Shown here: piece after piece, positions 1 through 12,195 of the stretch
Numbering within the stretch: position 1 is the stretch's first letter
Layout: every line of letters begins with the position of its first letter
Program-made: the position numbers and the translations under genes
The notes under the pieces: generated by a model
Told to the model about the DNA's origin: nothing
The model's database searches: none
The model's input: the letters and a program-made list of their open reading frames with translations, nothing else
Assembly: GCA_965649765.1 (NCBI GenBank)
Contig: OZ287753.1
Location: forward strand, 9,052,001-9,116,000
Reading direction: 5' to 3'
From: Bispira polyomma
Taxonomy: Eukaryota
DNA length: 64,000 nt

Positions 1-548
1 AAACTATTGGGGTTTCATGAAACTAAACATCTATCATCAAAAGCTAAACATCCATCATGTGCAACAAATAACCAAGCAGAATTTTGAAGAACAAGAAATG
101 TTATCAAAAATTGATAGTTCATATTAGGATTTTACAAGAAAATGGTTATTCTGGAAAGCAATATATTCAATAAGTATATAAAAATGTTTAAATCAAAACT
201 TTTTAAAATGAAGCATTGTTAATATATAAAATCTCCTCCCCTATACGATATTGTCAAGTTGCCTTTGTTGTGTTTTATTTTGTGAATAACAGTTGTGTGT
301 TAACATTAGCTGATGGAATATATTTGGCATTGAAGGTGCGCATGCGTGGTAATAGGAAAAGCGTCCCTAGGAACTGCGATCAAAATCAATTTTATTTCAA
401 ATCTTACTGGATATTTATAATTTGTAATCACTCAAGTAGTTGGAACATTGTTTAGTGATCATTTTCAACTGGATATCATATATACAGAAATTATTATCAC
501 TCTGTATTTTGAGTTAGAACATTTCTCGTCATGATTCATTAAACCAAA

Positions 549-3513
549 ATGGCCACTGCTTCGTCTACCTTCTCATCAATACTCTAAGTCACACTTGCCA
601 TGAAGATCATCAAACTAAAAAAAAAAACGTGCATACAGGCTTAAGCACCAGCTTCACCAATCTCAATAGTTTATCCTTGGTTTAATTTGGGTCAGCACCT
701 TCAGAAGAAGATGCCACAATCTTACCGCAGACCCATCGCAATACAAAAACGGAAATGGAAACATATCGTGGTATGTTTTATCATTACTGCTTACTTCTGG
801 AGACATAAACATCAATCCAGGTCCCTGTAAATTTTCTATGTGGTTGTTGTGATAAACCCGTTCGCTGGAACCAAAAAGGTATATGCTGTGACAACTGTAA
901 TATCTGGTATCATAAATCCTGTGCAAATGTATCCTCAGCTGTTTACAGCACACTACACCATTCAAATGTGTCTTGGATTGGTTGCAATTGTGGTCTGCCT
1001 AATTTTGACTCCTCATTATTTAATTCTTATGAACTAGATGTTTCAAACCGTTTTGAATCCTTGTCTTCAAATACAACCTCTGGACTACCGTCCACACCTC
1101 CACCAACTCCAATCCCTCTGGCTACATCTTCTCCAAGAACTCCAAAACCAAAGCTGACAAAAGGTCCTGCCAGTAAAAAACACTGGAGAACAATAGTCAT
1201 TAACTGTAGGAGCGTAATAAATAACCCACAATTCTTAACAGCCATTGATTATATTAAACCAGACTGTATTATGCGATCAGAAAGTTGGTTAGAAAGCTCC
1301 ATTACAAACTCTGAAATATTTCCACCAAATTATAACATTTATAGAAAGGACAGGAATAGTAACGGAGGTGGTGTATTCACACTGATCATATATCTTCTGC
1401 AATGAATTTAGATCAAGACAACACCGAAATTATATGGGCTAGAGTAGACTTAAAAAACACAAAAAGTCTGATTATTAGAAGCTTCTATAGACCCCCTAAC
1501 CACTTAGAAGAACCGTTAGAAGGCCTGAAAAACACACTAGAACAACTTCCAAAAGACATTAGTAACAAGCATATAATACTTGGAGGTGATTTTAACCTTC
1601 CAGATATTGACTGGTCTACTAAATGTACAAAACCAAGTGGCAAGAATATTAAACTTTGTAGCGCATTATTAAATACAACAGATGACTTCTCACTGGAACA
1701 GCAAGTGGAAGAACCAACTAGGGACATAAATACCCTCGACCTGTTCTTTACCAACAAACCATCACTGGTAAATAAAGTAAGCACTACACCAGGCATTTCT
1801 GATCACGATATAGTAGTTATAGATTCCAACATCCAACCAAAACACAACAAGAAAAAACCAAGAACTATCTATAAGTACACAGATGAAAACATAGCTGCGG
1901 TAAAACATCAACTAAGTGATTTTAGTGATAAATTCTACAAATCCAAGTGTAAAACTCAAATTGTGGATGAACAATGGGAGTATTTTAAAAACTCAATTAA
2001 TGAAGCAGTTGTTAAAAATATACCATCTAAAATTACATCGACCAGATACAACCTATCATGGTTAAACAGAAACCTAAAACATCTGATTAAGAAGAAAAAT
2101 ACACTATATGAAAAGGCTAAAAGCTCAAATAGCAGTAGTGATTGGAATAAATTCAAAGATCTAAAACACCAATGTCAAAAAGAAATCAGAAAAGCTCATA
2201 GTCATCATGTGGGGAACATCCCAAAACCCAGCTTTGAAGAAAAAGACACTAAGAAATTTTGGAACTATGTGAAGAGTAAGAAAAATGAAAACATTGGTGT
2301 CCAACCCCTGAAATCAAATGGAAAGTTTAACAGTGATGATGAAACAAAAGCCGAAATTCTTAACAATCAATTCCAATCTGTCTTCACCCAGGACACTGAC
2401 GATGATACATCACCTCCTAATCCAACATATCCTGAAATAGACCATCTTTATGTCTGCCGTAAAGGAGTAACCAAACTCCTCCAGCAACTAAAAACAAATT
2501 CTGCATCAGGACCAGATAATCTGGCAAACAGAGTATTAAAACATTGTGCTGAGGAATTATCACCTGTTCTCACCTATATTTTTGAACAGTCCCTAAAAAG
2601 TGATACACTCCCTAAAGACTGGCTAGAAGCAAATGTGGCACCCATCTTTAAGAAAGGTGACAAACACAAACTACAGACCAGTATCTTTAACTAGCGTATG
2701 TTGTAAAACTATGGAACATATTGTGTGCAAACATATTCGAAACCCTCTTGACAAACATCACATTTTAACACCCCACCAACATGGTTTTCCTTGTAAACAT
2801 TCATGTGAGACCCAACTCATTGTAACAATAGATGATATATGCAAGCACTACAATAATAAAGCACAACTGGATATGATAATACTAGACTTCTCGAAGGCCA
2901 CAGTCTCCTAGTGAAAAAACTGCACTCTATGGGAATTACAGGGTTAGCTCATAACTGGGTATCCTCCTTTTTAGCTAACAGAACACAAAGAGTTATAGTG
3001 AATGGAATATCTTCGTCTGAAGCACCAGTTACATCAGGTGTACCACAGGGTTCAGCACTAGGTCCCCTACTGTTCTTATGCAACATAAACGATCTACCAT
3101 CTCGTGTAAAATCCCAGGTACGACTTTTTGCAGATAACAGCCTTTTATACAGGACTATTAATACAGTAACTGATGCTCTTATCCTCCAGCAAGAGCTACT
3201 CTCCTTAGAAAAATGGGCAAACCAACGGAAAATGCACTTTAATCCCATAAAATGCTATGTTATGAGATTTAGCAGATCAAAAGCTACAATTATCACAACG
3301 TACACTCTTTGTAACCACATCCTAGAGGAAAAGGATACAAACCCTTACTTGGGCGTCCTATTTCATTCAAGTGCTAAATCGAGTACTCACATCTCCACAG
3401 TATGTAAGAAAGCAAACTCTACTTTGGGATTCCTCCGACGCAACCTGTTTAACTGCCCTAAAGAACTCAAGGAAGTTCCTTATTTCGCTCTGGTACGCTC
3501 AAAACTGGGGTAT
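549..3513 (+). mobile_element. LINE A, 5' part (CR1-group non-LTR retrotransposon: 2A-like motif, PHD finger, APE endonuclease, RT), frameshifted
   Basis: LLLTSGDININPGP (784-825); PHD finger CGCCDKPVRWNQKGICCDNCNIWYHKSC...WIGCNC (~839-990); APE motifs INCRS, SESWL, YRKDR, GDFN, SDHD; RT motifs GVPQGSALGP, LFADNS; reading breaks off at LVRSKLGY at 3513. The 5' boundary is approximate. Confidence 0.92.
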
Positions 3514-5885
3514 TTTTTTTTTATTTAAACATAATTTATTCAATGACAATTACCCACAGCTACAAGCCACTTGGGGTTCTTGTCCCAAAATACACATTTT
3601 ACAGTCAAACAACAACATATAGTACAAAAAGAAATACAATACACTATTGAGTAATAATTTAGCAAAACAGGATGTTATTACATAGTACAAAAGATGAATG
3701 ATAGGATGACATGTAACATGTGTGACATTAAAATCTAATTTATAGTGAACCGATTGGTGTGTGAAATAAACAACTGTACTATGTCAAATAGTGTTCGATC
3801 AATTTTAAAAAAACCAGTGCCATACAGTAAAATATGTGATAACTCACTTGGACTACCAAGTAGATTAATTTCAGGTATATGAGTACTTATGTTCTGTAGC
3901 ATTTCATCTCTATGAGCAGCAAAAGCAGGGCATTTTATGAAATAATGTGTCACAGTTTCTGGACCAGTTTTACACACAGAGCAGCGGTCGTCTTCTATGA
4001 AATTTCATGATCTACGGTGGAAGTTCAAAGCACTGAGACCCATTCAAAGCCTACTGTGGTATACTGCAGGTTTACCTATGTGCCACAAGTTCGCTTTATT
4101 AAATTTTACTTGATAGTTTGATTTTAGCTTTGACTTAAAAGTTTGAAGTGATAAGACACCTCTCATATCAGAGCTAAGATGGTTCCAAAATCTTATAACT
4201 GATGGAAAGAATGATTTGTAGTAATAGTCTTTCTTACAAAGAATTGGCTGAATATGCGTACTATTTCTCAGATTATAGCCATGCACACCACCCTTGGGAC
4301 ATAACTTGTAAAGATATTCTGGAGAGTAATGATTCAGAATTTTATACATTAGGACAAGTTTTTTTATCAAACGTCTGTCCTTGAGCTGTTTTAATCCACA
4401 TTCAGATAAAAGACATTTATGTTTAGTAGCTTTATAGTCCCCAGTAATTGTTAAGCAAAACGGTCGTTGTATCGACTCTAACATCTTTTGTTGTTCAACA
4501 GAGCAGCTATCATACAATTCTGCCCCATACTCTAATATAGGTCTTGCATAGCTCACATATATCTGTCTCTTAGCTAAACGGGGCAGCTTGAATGACAATC
4601 GCTTTAGCTGAGATAGTATTTTGAGTGCTTTATCTGCCATATTTTCTAAATGATTGTTCCATGTCATCTTAGAATTAAATGTTACTCCAAGATGGGTCAG
4701 ACAGCTTACTTTTTTAAGTTTACTGTCGCCCAGATACAGATCAGGATTATCTGTTGGTGTCAATTTCTTTGAAAATATTATGTATTTGGTTTTGAGAGGG
4801 TTAAAATTCACTAACCATTTTTTGCCCATTTATTTAAACAATCAAGGTCTTTATTAAGGAGCAAGAAATCATATTCAAGACTTGATATTGGCCTACACAA
4901 AGATGTGTCATCTGCATATAGAAAACTTTCAGACTCAAGATCATCAGCTATATCATTAAAATAAATTAAGAAAAGTAATGGACCAAGGATAGACCCCTGT
5001 GGGACCCCACAATTAATGTCAATATAATTTGAACTCTTACCCCCAATCACAACTCTTTGTTTCCTATTTTTTAAGTAATCTTTTAACCATTGAAACAGTA
5101 TGCCACCAATTCCAACTTTTTTAAGTTTATGTAATAAACCGGGGTGCCAAACTCGATCAAAAGCTGCTGTGGCATCAAGTGACACAAAGCAACAGTCCTG
5201 TCCATTTTCTAAAGCACTATAAATTTTATGAGTGATGGCAATGAGATGATTAATAGTGGAGTCCCGAGGTTTGTAGCCGGAGTTCCTCCAAGTTAAAATA
5301 TTATTTTGGATACAGTAGTTATACAGGTGAGAAAAGACTACTCGTTCCAGTACTTTACCAACATTTGACAATAATGAGATTGGCGGATAGTTGTTTATAT
5401 CTTGCTTATCATTTTTTCCTTTGTAAACTGGAGATACATTTGCTCTTTTCCAGCAACTAGGAACTTTGCCTTGAGATAAGGAGCTGTTAAACAGGTCACT
5501 TAAAGGTTTTGAGATAACACCACATGTTTCCTTTAGTAGCCTATTACTCACATTGTTAGGACCATTTGCCTTATTAATATTTAGGGATTGTAATATTTTG
5601 TACACTTGCTCTTCGGATGTCTGTATTGAACATAAGCTGTAGGGGGTATGTTCCAATATTTTTGGCAGTTTAGGTGATTCAGTATTATCTGGATGTTTCG
5701 ACTTCCTGAAGAAATGCTGGTTAAATACCTCACACTTTTGTTCATTTGTGGAAACAACATTTTCTCTGTAAATAAGTACTGGTATGCTAGACCTACATTT
5801 TTGGCCATAGGTTGTCTTTAGCAAATGCCAATAAGTGTTTTTCAATACTTCTATTGTGGTAGTTTTCCTTAGATTGCATAATACA
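3514..5885 (-). mobile_element. LINE B, 3' part (RT, C-terminal Cys/His region, poly-A tail)
   Basis: ORFs 4811-5968, 4044-4829, 3735-3977: GVPQGSILGP, LYADD, ARPILEY, SFFPSVIRFWN, C..C...ET..HY..C. Poly-T on the + strand at 3513-3522 abuts the TSD. Confidence 0.92.
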
Positions 5886-8800
5886 TTGCCCATCAATATA
5901 AGTGATTCATCCGTGAGAAGGCAGGTAGATGTACGCCCCAAGACTGTTAAGTCATCTCTATCAGCCAATGTCAGTGATCAGCTCATATGTAGTAATCTCC
6001 CAAGTCAGCACTCACGTTTCGCATCCAAACCTACAGGTATTAACAACACTGATAATCTTCCTCCATCCCAAGATTCCCGTACAATGAACGACAGTCCTGA
6101 TGAATTCAGATTGCCAACGGAACATGTTAAACAAATGAGAAGAAGGGAGCGTCGACAGGCTATCATAGGAAAGGGAAGTACTGTATCAAGACTTAAAGGT
6201 GCACCAGAACCCGGACGAGATTTTTTTGTTTTTCGACTGGACCCGGTTATTACAGACAGTGATGTGAAATTTTACTTAGAGGCTCAGAATGTATCTGTGC
6301 TAAAGATAGAGCAAATGTCACACGAGAATTCCAAGTATAAATCTTTCAAAGTGACAATTCCTATATCCAGTTTGAATGATTTACTCAATGAAGAAGCATG
6401 GCCAATTGGGATAGGTGTTAGAAGGTTTCGTAATGTCAAGAAACAACTTGATGAACACAAATAATATGTATATTATTCATGATTTATTGGTGTAATAGTT
6501 TTAAAACTGAAAGTGAACAAATTACTCTCTATCTGTACATATAATTCTCACGGTAGTGGTGCAGGAAGGTTTGAATATTTAAACCAACTTTTTGCAAAGG
6601 CTGATATAGTTTTAGTACAAGAACTTTGGTTAGCTGAAATCAGTTTAGTTTTTTTAGTAAAAAACTATCTAATATTAATTTTCATAGTGTGACACCCATG
6701 TCCTCCAGTAAAATTAATTATGGACGCCCATTTGGCGGATGTGCAATACTGTGGAATAGCTCACTGATAGCATCTGTTACTCCTATTGTAAACCAATCAA
6801 AAAGAGTATGTGCTGTAAAAGTAAAATTTGGCCCTTGCAGTTACCTATTGTGTAAATGTATACATGCCTACTTATCAGGCTGCTCAAAATTAATATATAG
6901 AAGAACTAAACGGTGTCTTGAATGATTTAGAGTCTTTAATAAAAGAATCTGATGAAGAACATATAATTATTGGTGGGGACTTCAATACATCGTTTTCCAG
7001 AACTGGTTATAATACTGATGCACTGTTATCTTTTATGAGTAGAGAACAATTGAATTGTGGTTTAAATCATGACAATTGTGAAATTCAGTTTACATTTGAA
7101 AGTAAGGTAAATGGATCTAGATCAATAATTGATCATTTTCTACTGAGTGACGTACTTATGAATAAGGTTTTACAGTATAGATCTTTACATGATCATGATA
7201 ATTTTTCTGATCACTGTCCAGTTTTAATGCAATTAAATGTACCTACTGATTATTCGTTGAATGATTCTGCGGATAATAAACAAAATGTGCCACTGTGGCA
7301 TAAAGCAAGTGTTTCTGATTTAAATTCCTACAAAACTATGTTAGACTCAATGTTATCCAGTATTAATATTCCATCCTGTGTTGTTAACTGTACAACATTA
7401 AAATGTGAAAACAGGAGTCATTGTCAAGCTATTGAAAACTTTCATAATATGATTGTCAGAGCCTGTGGTGTTGCTTGTGATTCATGTATACCAAAAACAA
7501 AAAAATGAATAATTCAAATGTAAATAAAATTCCTGGTTGGTCAGAATATGTTGAGCCACATAGGCAGCAGAGTATGTTTTGGCATCGGTTATGGAAAGAA
7601 AATGATTGTCCAAGATCAGGTTGGATCGCTGAGATTCGCTAGAAAACTAGAGCCAAATACCATTATGCTCTAAGGCAAGTAACGAGAGACAAAGAAGTTA
7701 TTCTTGCAAATAAACTAGCTGAATGTGTTTTATGCAATAAAACTAATGATTTTTGGACCAGTGTAAAAAAAGTCAAAGGAGTTAAATCATTTAATCCTAA
7801 CAATATAGATAGTGTTGTTGGTGGTATAAATATAAGTAACCATTTTTCTAATAAATACGAAGAGTTATATAACTCAGTTGGTTATAATGTTAATGAAATG
7901 CAATCTCTTGTTTCAAATATGAATGAGTCAATTGTGCAAAAATGTACTTCAGATAGCTGTTACTTTAAACACTTCTTTAATGTTAGTGAAGTTATTGATG
8001 CTGTTAAACTACTAAAACATAACAAAAGTGATGGAGTTAATCAATGGTCTGATAACATTATTCATGGTTGTCATAAATTATATGTATATCTGAATTTACT
8101 GTACAACTCTATGTTAAAGCATTGTTTGTCACCTGGCGACCTACTTGTATCAACAGTTATACTAATCCCAAAAAATAGAAAGAAATCATTAAATGATTCA
8201 AAAAATTACAGAGGTATAGCCCTTAGTAGCATCATAGATAAGGTTCTTGAATCGTTAATTTTATCCAGCAGTAGAAATATTCTAAAATCAAGTGATTAAC
8301 AGTTTGGTTTTAAAAGAAAACAGTCAACTACTCAATGTACATTTGTGTTAAATGAAGTAATCAAATACTATAATAATAATAGGAATGACGTATATGTAAT
8401 GATGTTAGATGCCAGTAAGGCCTTCGATCGTGTAGAGTATACAAGACTGTTTTCTCTATTGGTAGAGAAAGGTTTATGTCCTCTTATATGTCGCCTACTG
8501 GCTTATATGTACACACATCAAACAATTAGAATTAAATGGGCCATTATGTTTCAAAATCTGTTAAAATATCAAATGGTGTAAAACAAGGGGGCATTCTATC
8601 CCCTGTGCTTTTCACAATTTATATGGATGAAATGTTTGAAAAATTAAAAGGGAGTGGTTTAGGTTGTTATATTAGAAATGTGTTTATGGGTGGATTAGGG
8701 TATGCTGATGATGCTGTATTAATATCTCCTACACTATCTTCAATGAAAGAAATGCTTAAAATATGTGATGTTTTCGGACATAAATATAATGTGTTGTTTA

Positions 8801-9697
8801 ATGCAGAAAAATATGAACTTCTGCACTTTCCAGCTTCAAAAGGGAAAATGATTGCAGACGTATGTCATAATAATATATATATTAAATGTGTTTCACAGTC
8901 TGTGCATTTAGATCACATAATTGGTTTAAATGCAAAAGTAAAAACGATAGATGAAGCTATAAATTCATTTAATGTTGCTTTAAATAGTATACTTAATACA
9001 TTTCAAAATGCATCTGTGTCAGTGAAATACAAATTGTTTAAAAGTTATTGTATGCCTCTCTATGGCTGTGTACTATGGGATTCTGAATCTAGAGAAATTT
9101 TAAAATTTTATACAGCATGGAGAAAAGCAATAAGAAGACTATTTAACCTGTCAAGCAGAAGCCATAGTAGATACATATATTTAGTATGCAATGATGTCCC
9201 AATTAATGTGCAGTTGTATAAAAGATTCAACAAAATTATAAATACAATACTGACCAGTGATAACATTTGTGTAGAACTTGCTAGTAGACTGGCTGTTTAT
9301 GGAAGTCATTCCAATGTGGGAAAAAATATTAATGTAATGTCAAAGGAACTTAATTGTAGTTATAAATGTGCTCTTAAAGCACCTCAAGAATTTAAAAATA
9401 TAAGTGACAAGAATGTTAACTCTCAGATTAACATAGAGGATGAAATAATATGTGGAAATATTAGAGATCTCATTAGTATTAAAGAGAGAAATCATACTAA
9501 ATTTAATTATACTGAGATTAGTTGTATGTTAGAATGTTTATGTACATCTTGAAGATTTGTATAAAATTTAACGTAACTGCCAAACTGTAAATAGTGTTTA
9601 ATAACATTGTTCCTTGTTCCTGGTTGAAAAAAACATTTATGTATTCTGTATTTGTAATATTATACCTTGTGTAGGAATAAATAAATTAAATAGAAAT
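5886..9697 (+). mobile_element. LINE C (CR1/L2-group, 5'-truncated in ORF1), nested in LINE B
   Basis: ORF1 RRM-like tail to 6464 (DFFVFRL...YKSFKV...WPIGIGVRRF); ORF2 fragments TYNSHG, VQELWL, GDFN, IDHF, SDHCPV, DASKAFDRV, GVKQGGILSP, YADD; A-rich tail gaataaataaattaaatagaaat at ~9675-9697. Boundaries approximate. Confidence 0.92.
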
Positions 9698-10454
9698 ATC
9701 CAGAGTACTAAGAGCTTGCCAAGGTACAAGTTTTAGCTCCCCACAAAAATTCACAAAATCACCCCTGTTATAATGCCACACATCTCTTGTGTAAGAATGA
9801 TCTTTGACATGAGTAATAGCTGTTTCACAAAAAAATCATATTGTGATGTGGATCTCCAATTGGTTCAGCCACACCATAATCCAAAATAATACCAGGAGAA
9901 TCAGTGATAATTAAGTCAAGCAGATGAGCAGATGTTGGTGTAGTGTGTGTTGGAGATTCTATGATTTGAAAAAGATTATTTTGACTGATCAAATTTGTGA
10001 ATTTATCTTTTAATTCACTACTTGGATGGTCATCAACCCAGTCTACACACCGGTCATTAAAATCACCTAATATAAAGAGAGAATCATATTTACTGTTATA
10101 TATCAAGTCTAACATACACTGGAAGTCAGCAATGAAGCTATCAGCTTGTTCAACTGTTGCCCCAGGTGATCTGTAACAACACACAATTAGACAATGTTTT
10201 GAATTTACAATCACTTCCAATACAACTGCTTCTAAGTTTGAGTTACAAAGGTCAATTCCATTTTTAACAGCTAAATTTTCTGCAGTGTATATAGCTACAC
10301 CACCCCCATGTCTATTTCGATCTTTACGATAAACACTATATCCTTCTGACAATATATCGGAGTCAGGTATACTTGAATCCAACCATGTCTCACTCATACA
10401 GATCAAATCATATTGACCATCTAAGCATAACTTGTAATTTATCACATCAAGTTT
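9698..10454 (-). mobile_element. LINE B, APE endonuclease region
   Basis: KLDVINYK...DLICMSETWL...YRKDRNRHGGGVAIY...YRSP...GDFN...LDLI; same orientation as the 3' part; cut off by LINE C at ~9697. Confidence 0.9.
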
Positions 10455-11018
10455 GAAAAAATTACCTTCAATAATTAGAGAACAGCGACAAGCCCAAGTA
10501 CCCAAAATGCAAGAACTTAGAAAGCAATTACCTGACAAGAAACAACATACTGTCAAATTAGTTAATAATAAGCTATTACATAACAAGCATATTGTGGATG
10601 GTGAATTTGTTAAAAATCCCTTGCCAGCTGCTGAGGCTACTGATGATGTATTTGAGTACAATGACTTGGTGCACTCTGAAGTGAAGGAATATAAAGACAG
10701 TTATTTCCAGGCTCATGCTATTCAGGTCAAAAGCACCATGGAGGCATGTTTGGCAAGGGGTGCACTTTATCAAGGAACATCAGCAGGCTCTGCACATCAC
10801 TTGATCTATGTGTACCGATTTGAGGATAGTCCTGGAGACCTAGTGGAAGGTTACAGTGATGACGGTGAGGTCAGAGGCAGCATGGAAATTAGACGGGCAA
10901 CAGGAAAAATTTGTTTATAGCCGTCACACGTGTGCATAATGGGCCAAACATTGGCCAGAGGAGGTTTGATTTGATTAGGGATGTAACAGAAGTTGTGCTT
11001 GACAATGCTGGGCTGTGA
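10453..11018 (+). pseudogene. LINE B ORF1 C-terminus: ORF1p CTD-like segment fused to an IMPACT/YigZ (UPF0029)-like domain, one frameshift at ~10900
   Basis: LPSIIREQRQAQVPKMQELRK...VKLVNNKL (ORF1 CTD-like), then SYFQAHA...AHHLIYVYRF...EGYSDDGE and, after the frameshift, NLFIAVTRVHNGPNIGQRRFDLIRD...GL* (TGA 11016-11018). Confidence 0.8.
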
Positions 11019-11687
11019 ATCTTGAGACTTATATGCTTAACAAATTTTAAGTATTGTAAATGTATATGGTTACCCAGAATAAATGTAATTAAGTTGTGCT
11101 TCCCAATGCTGGGCTGATATTGACACTTGTATTCTTAACAAATGTTGTACTAAAAATGCATATGTTTAACCAGGATAAATGTAATTAAGTTATAAAATCT
11201 TCTAGCTACCAGTAGCGTCAGTTAAATTATATCAATTAAAATATATACTCAAACCTCTAAATTGATCATTTCGTTTAAACTGTTCTAATCACAGTTTACT
11301 GTTCTTCTTTACTAGATAACAATTTTTAATTGAATCAAACCATAAAGCATGATAACCTATAAAATTCTGTACATGTTTTAGTTTGCCAGTGGGAGATTTC
11401 CTAGTGTAAATCCTTTATTTATGTTTATTGTAATTTCCCTTGCACTCCATTTATCATCTCATTCATTTTCAAACAACATGTGTGACTTATACGTAAGGTT
11501 AGGTTGTTTTAAAGGTATATTTTCCTTTGAATTGAGACTGTTCTGTAGCATTTCATGTTTATACTTAATATATTTTCTTCCGTGACTGACACATTACAGA
11601 ATCGAGCAGCTCCAGGGCAGTTACTGTCAAATTGTAGTAAATCTAGATTTAAAATATGTCATATAAATGTTCGAAGTGTATGTTCTA
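10455..11687 (+). mobile_element. LINE B, inverted 5' segment (end of ORF1, inter-ORF spacer, first ~45 codons of ORF2)
   Basis: + strand 11555-11689 reads MFILN...SRFKICHINVRSVCSK, which joins in frame to the minus-strand KLDVINYK starting at 10454. The segment lies inside the TSD. Confidence 0.88.
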
Positions 11688-12195
11688 AAAACTGGAGTAT
11701 GCTGCCATTGCATGGAACCCTTACTTGAAGAAGGACATTTACCAACTTGAGGCAATACAAAGAAGGAGTGCACGTTTTGTATGCAGAAACTATGACAGAG
11801 AGAGACAAGTGTGATCAAAATGATTGCGGAGCTAGGTTGGGACAGACTGGAACATAGAAGGACTGATGCTAGCCTCAGTTTCTTTTACAAGACCATTAAC
11901 AACCTGATAGCAATAGATCACCAAGAGCACCTGGAGCGGTCAACCTCATCCACAAGAAAGAAACACCACCTGCAGTTTCAACACATAAGATCTACGTGTG
12001 ATCAGTTCAAATACTCTTTCTTTCCTAGGATAATTCCAATATGGAATAATTTGAATAGTAACATTATTGACGCAAAATCAATTGAACAGTTTAAAACGAA
12101 AAATTGAAAAACCCTTACTAATTTTATTTAAACCACCACGCATGCCTGGATGTGTTACTCCAATAGGAGGTTATCCAGTATACTACAGATACAGA
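11688..12195 (+). mobile_element. LINE A, 3' part (resumes after the LINE B insertion)
   Basis: Reads KLEYAAIAWNPYLKKDIYQLEAIQRRSARFVCRNY... then (frameshift) LGWDRLEHRR...YSFFPRIIPIWNNL, the expected continuation of LVRSKL. TSD aaaactggggtat (3501-3513) / aaaactggagtat (11688-11700). Short tacagatacaga tail at ~12183-12194. Confidence 0.9.

Noticed and set aside
9825-10661. 278-aa minus-strand ORF as a single protein
   Set aside because: Chimeric: its first ~69 codons are the antisense of the inverted ORF1 segment; the endonuclease sequence starts at 10454.
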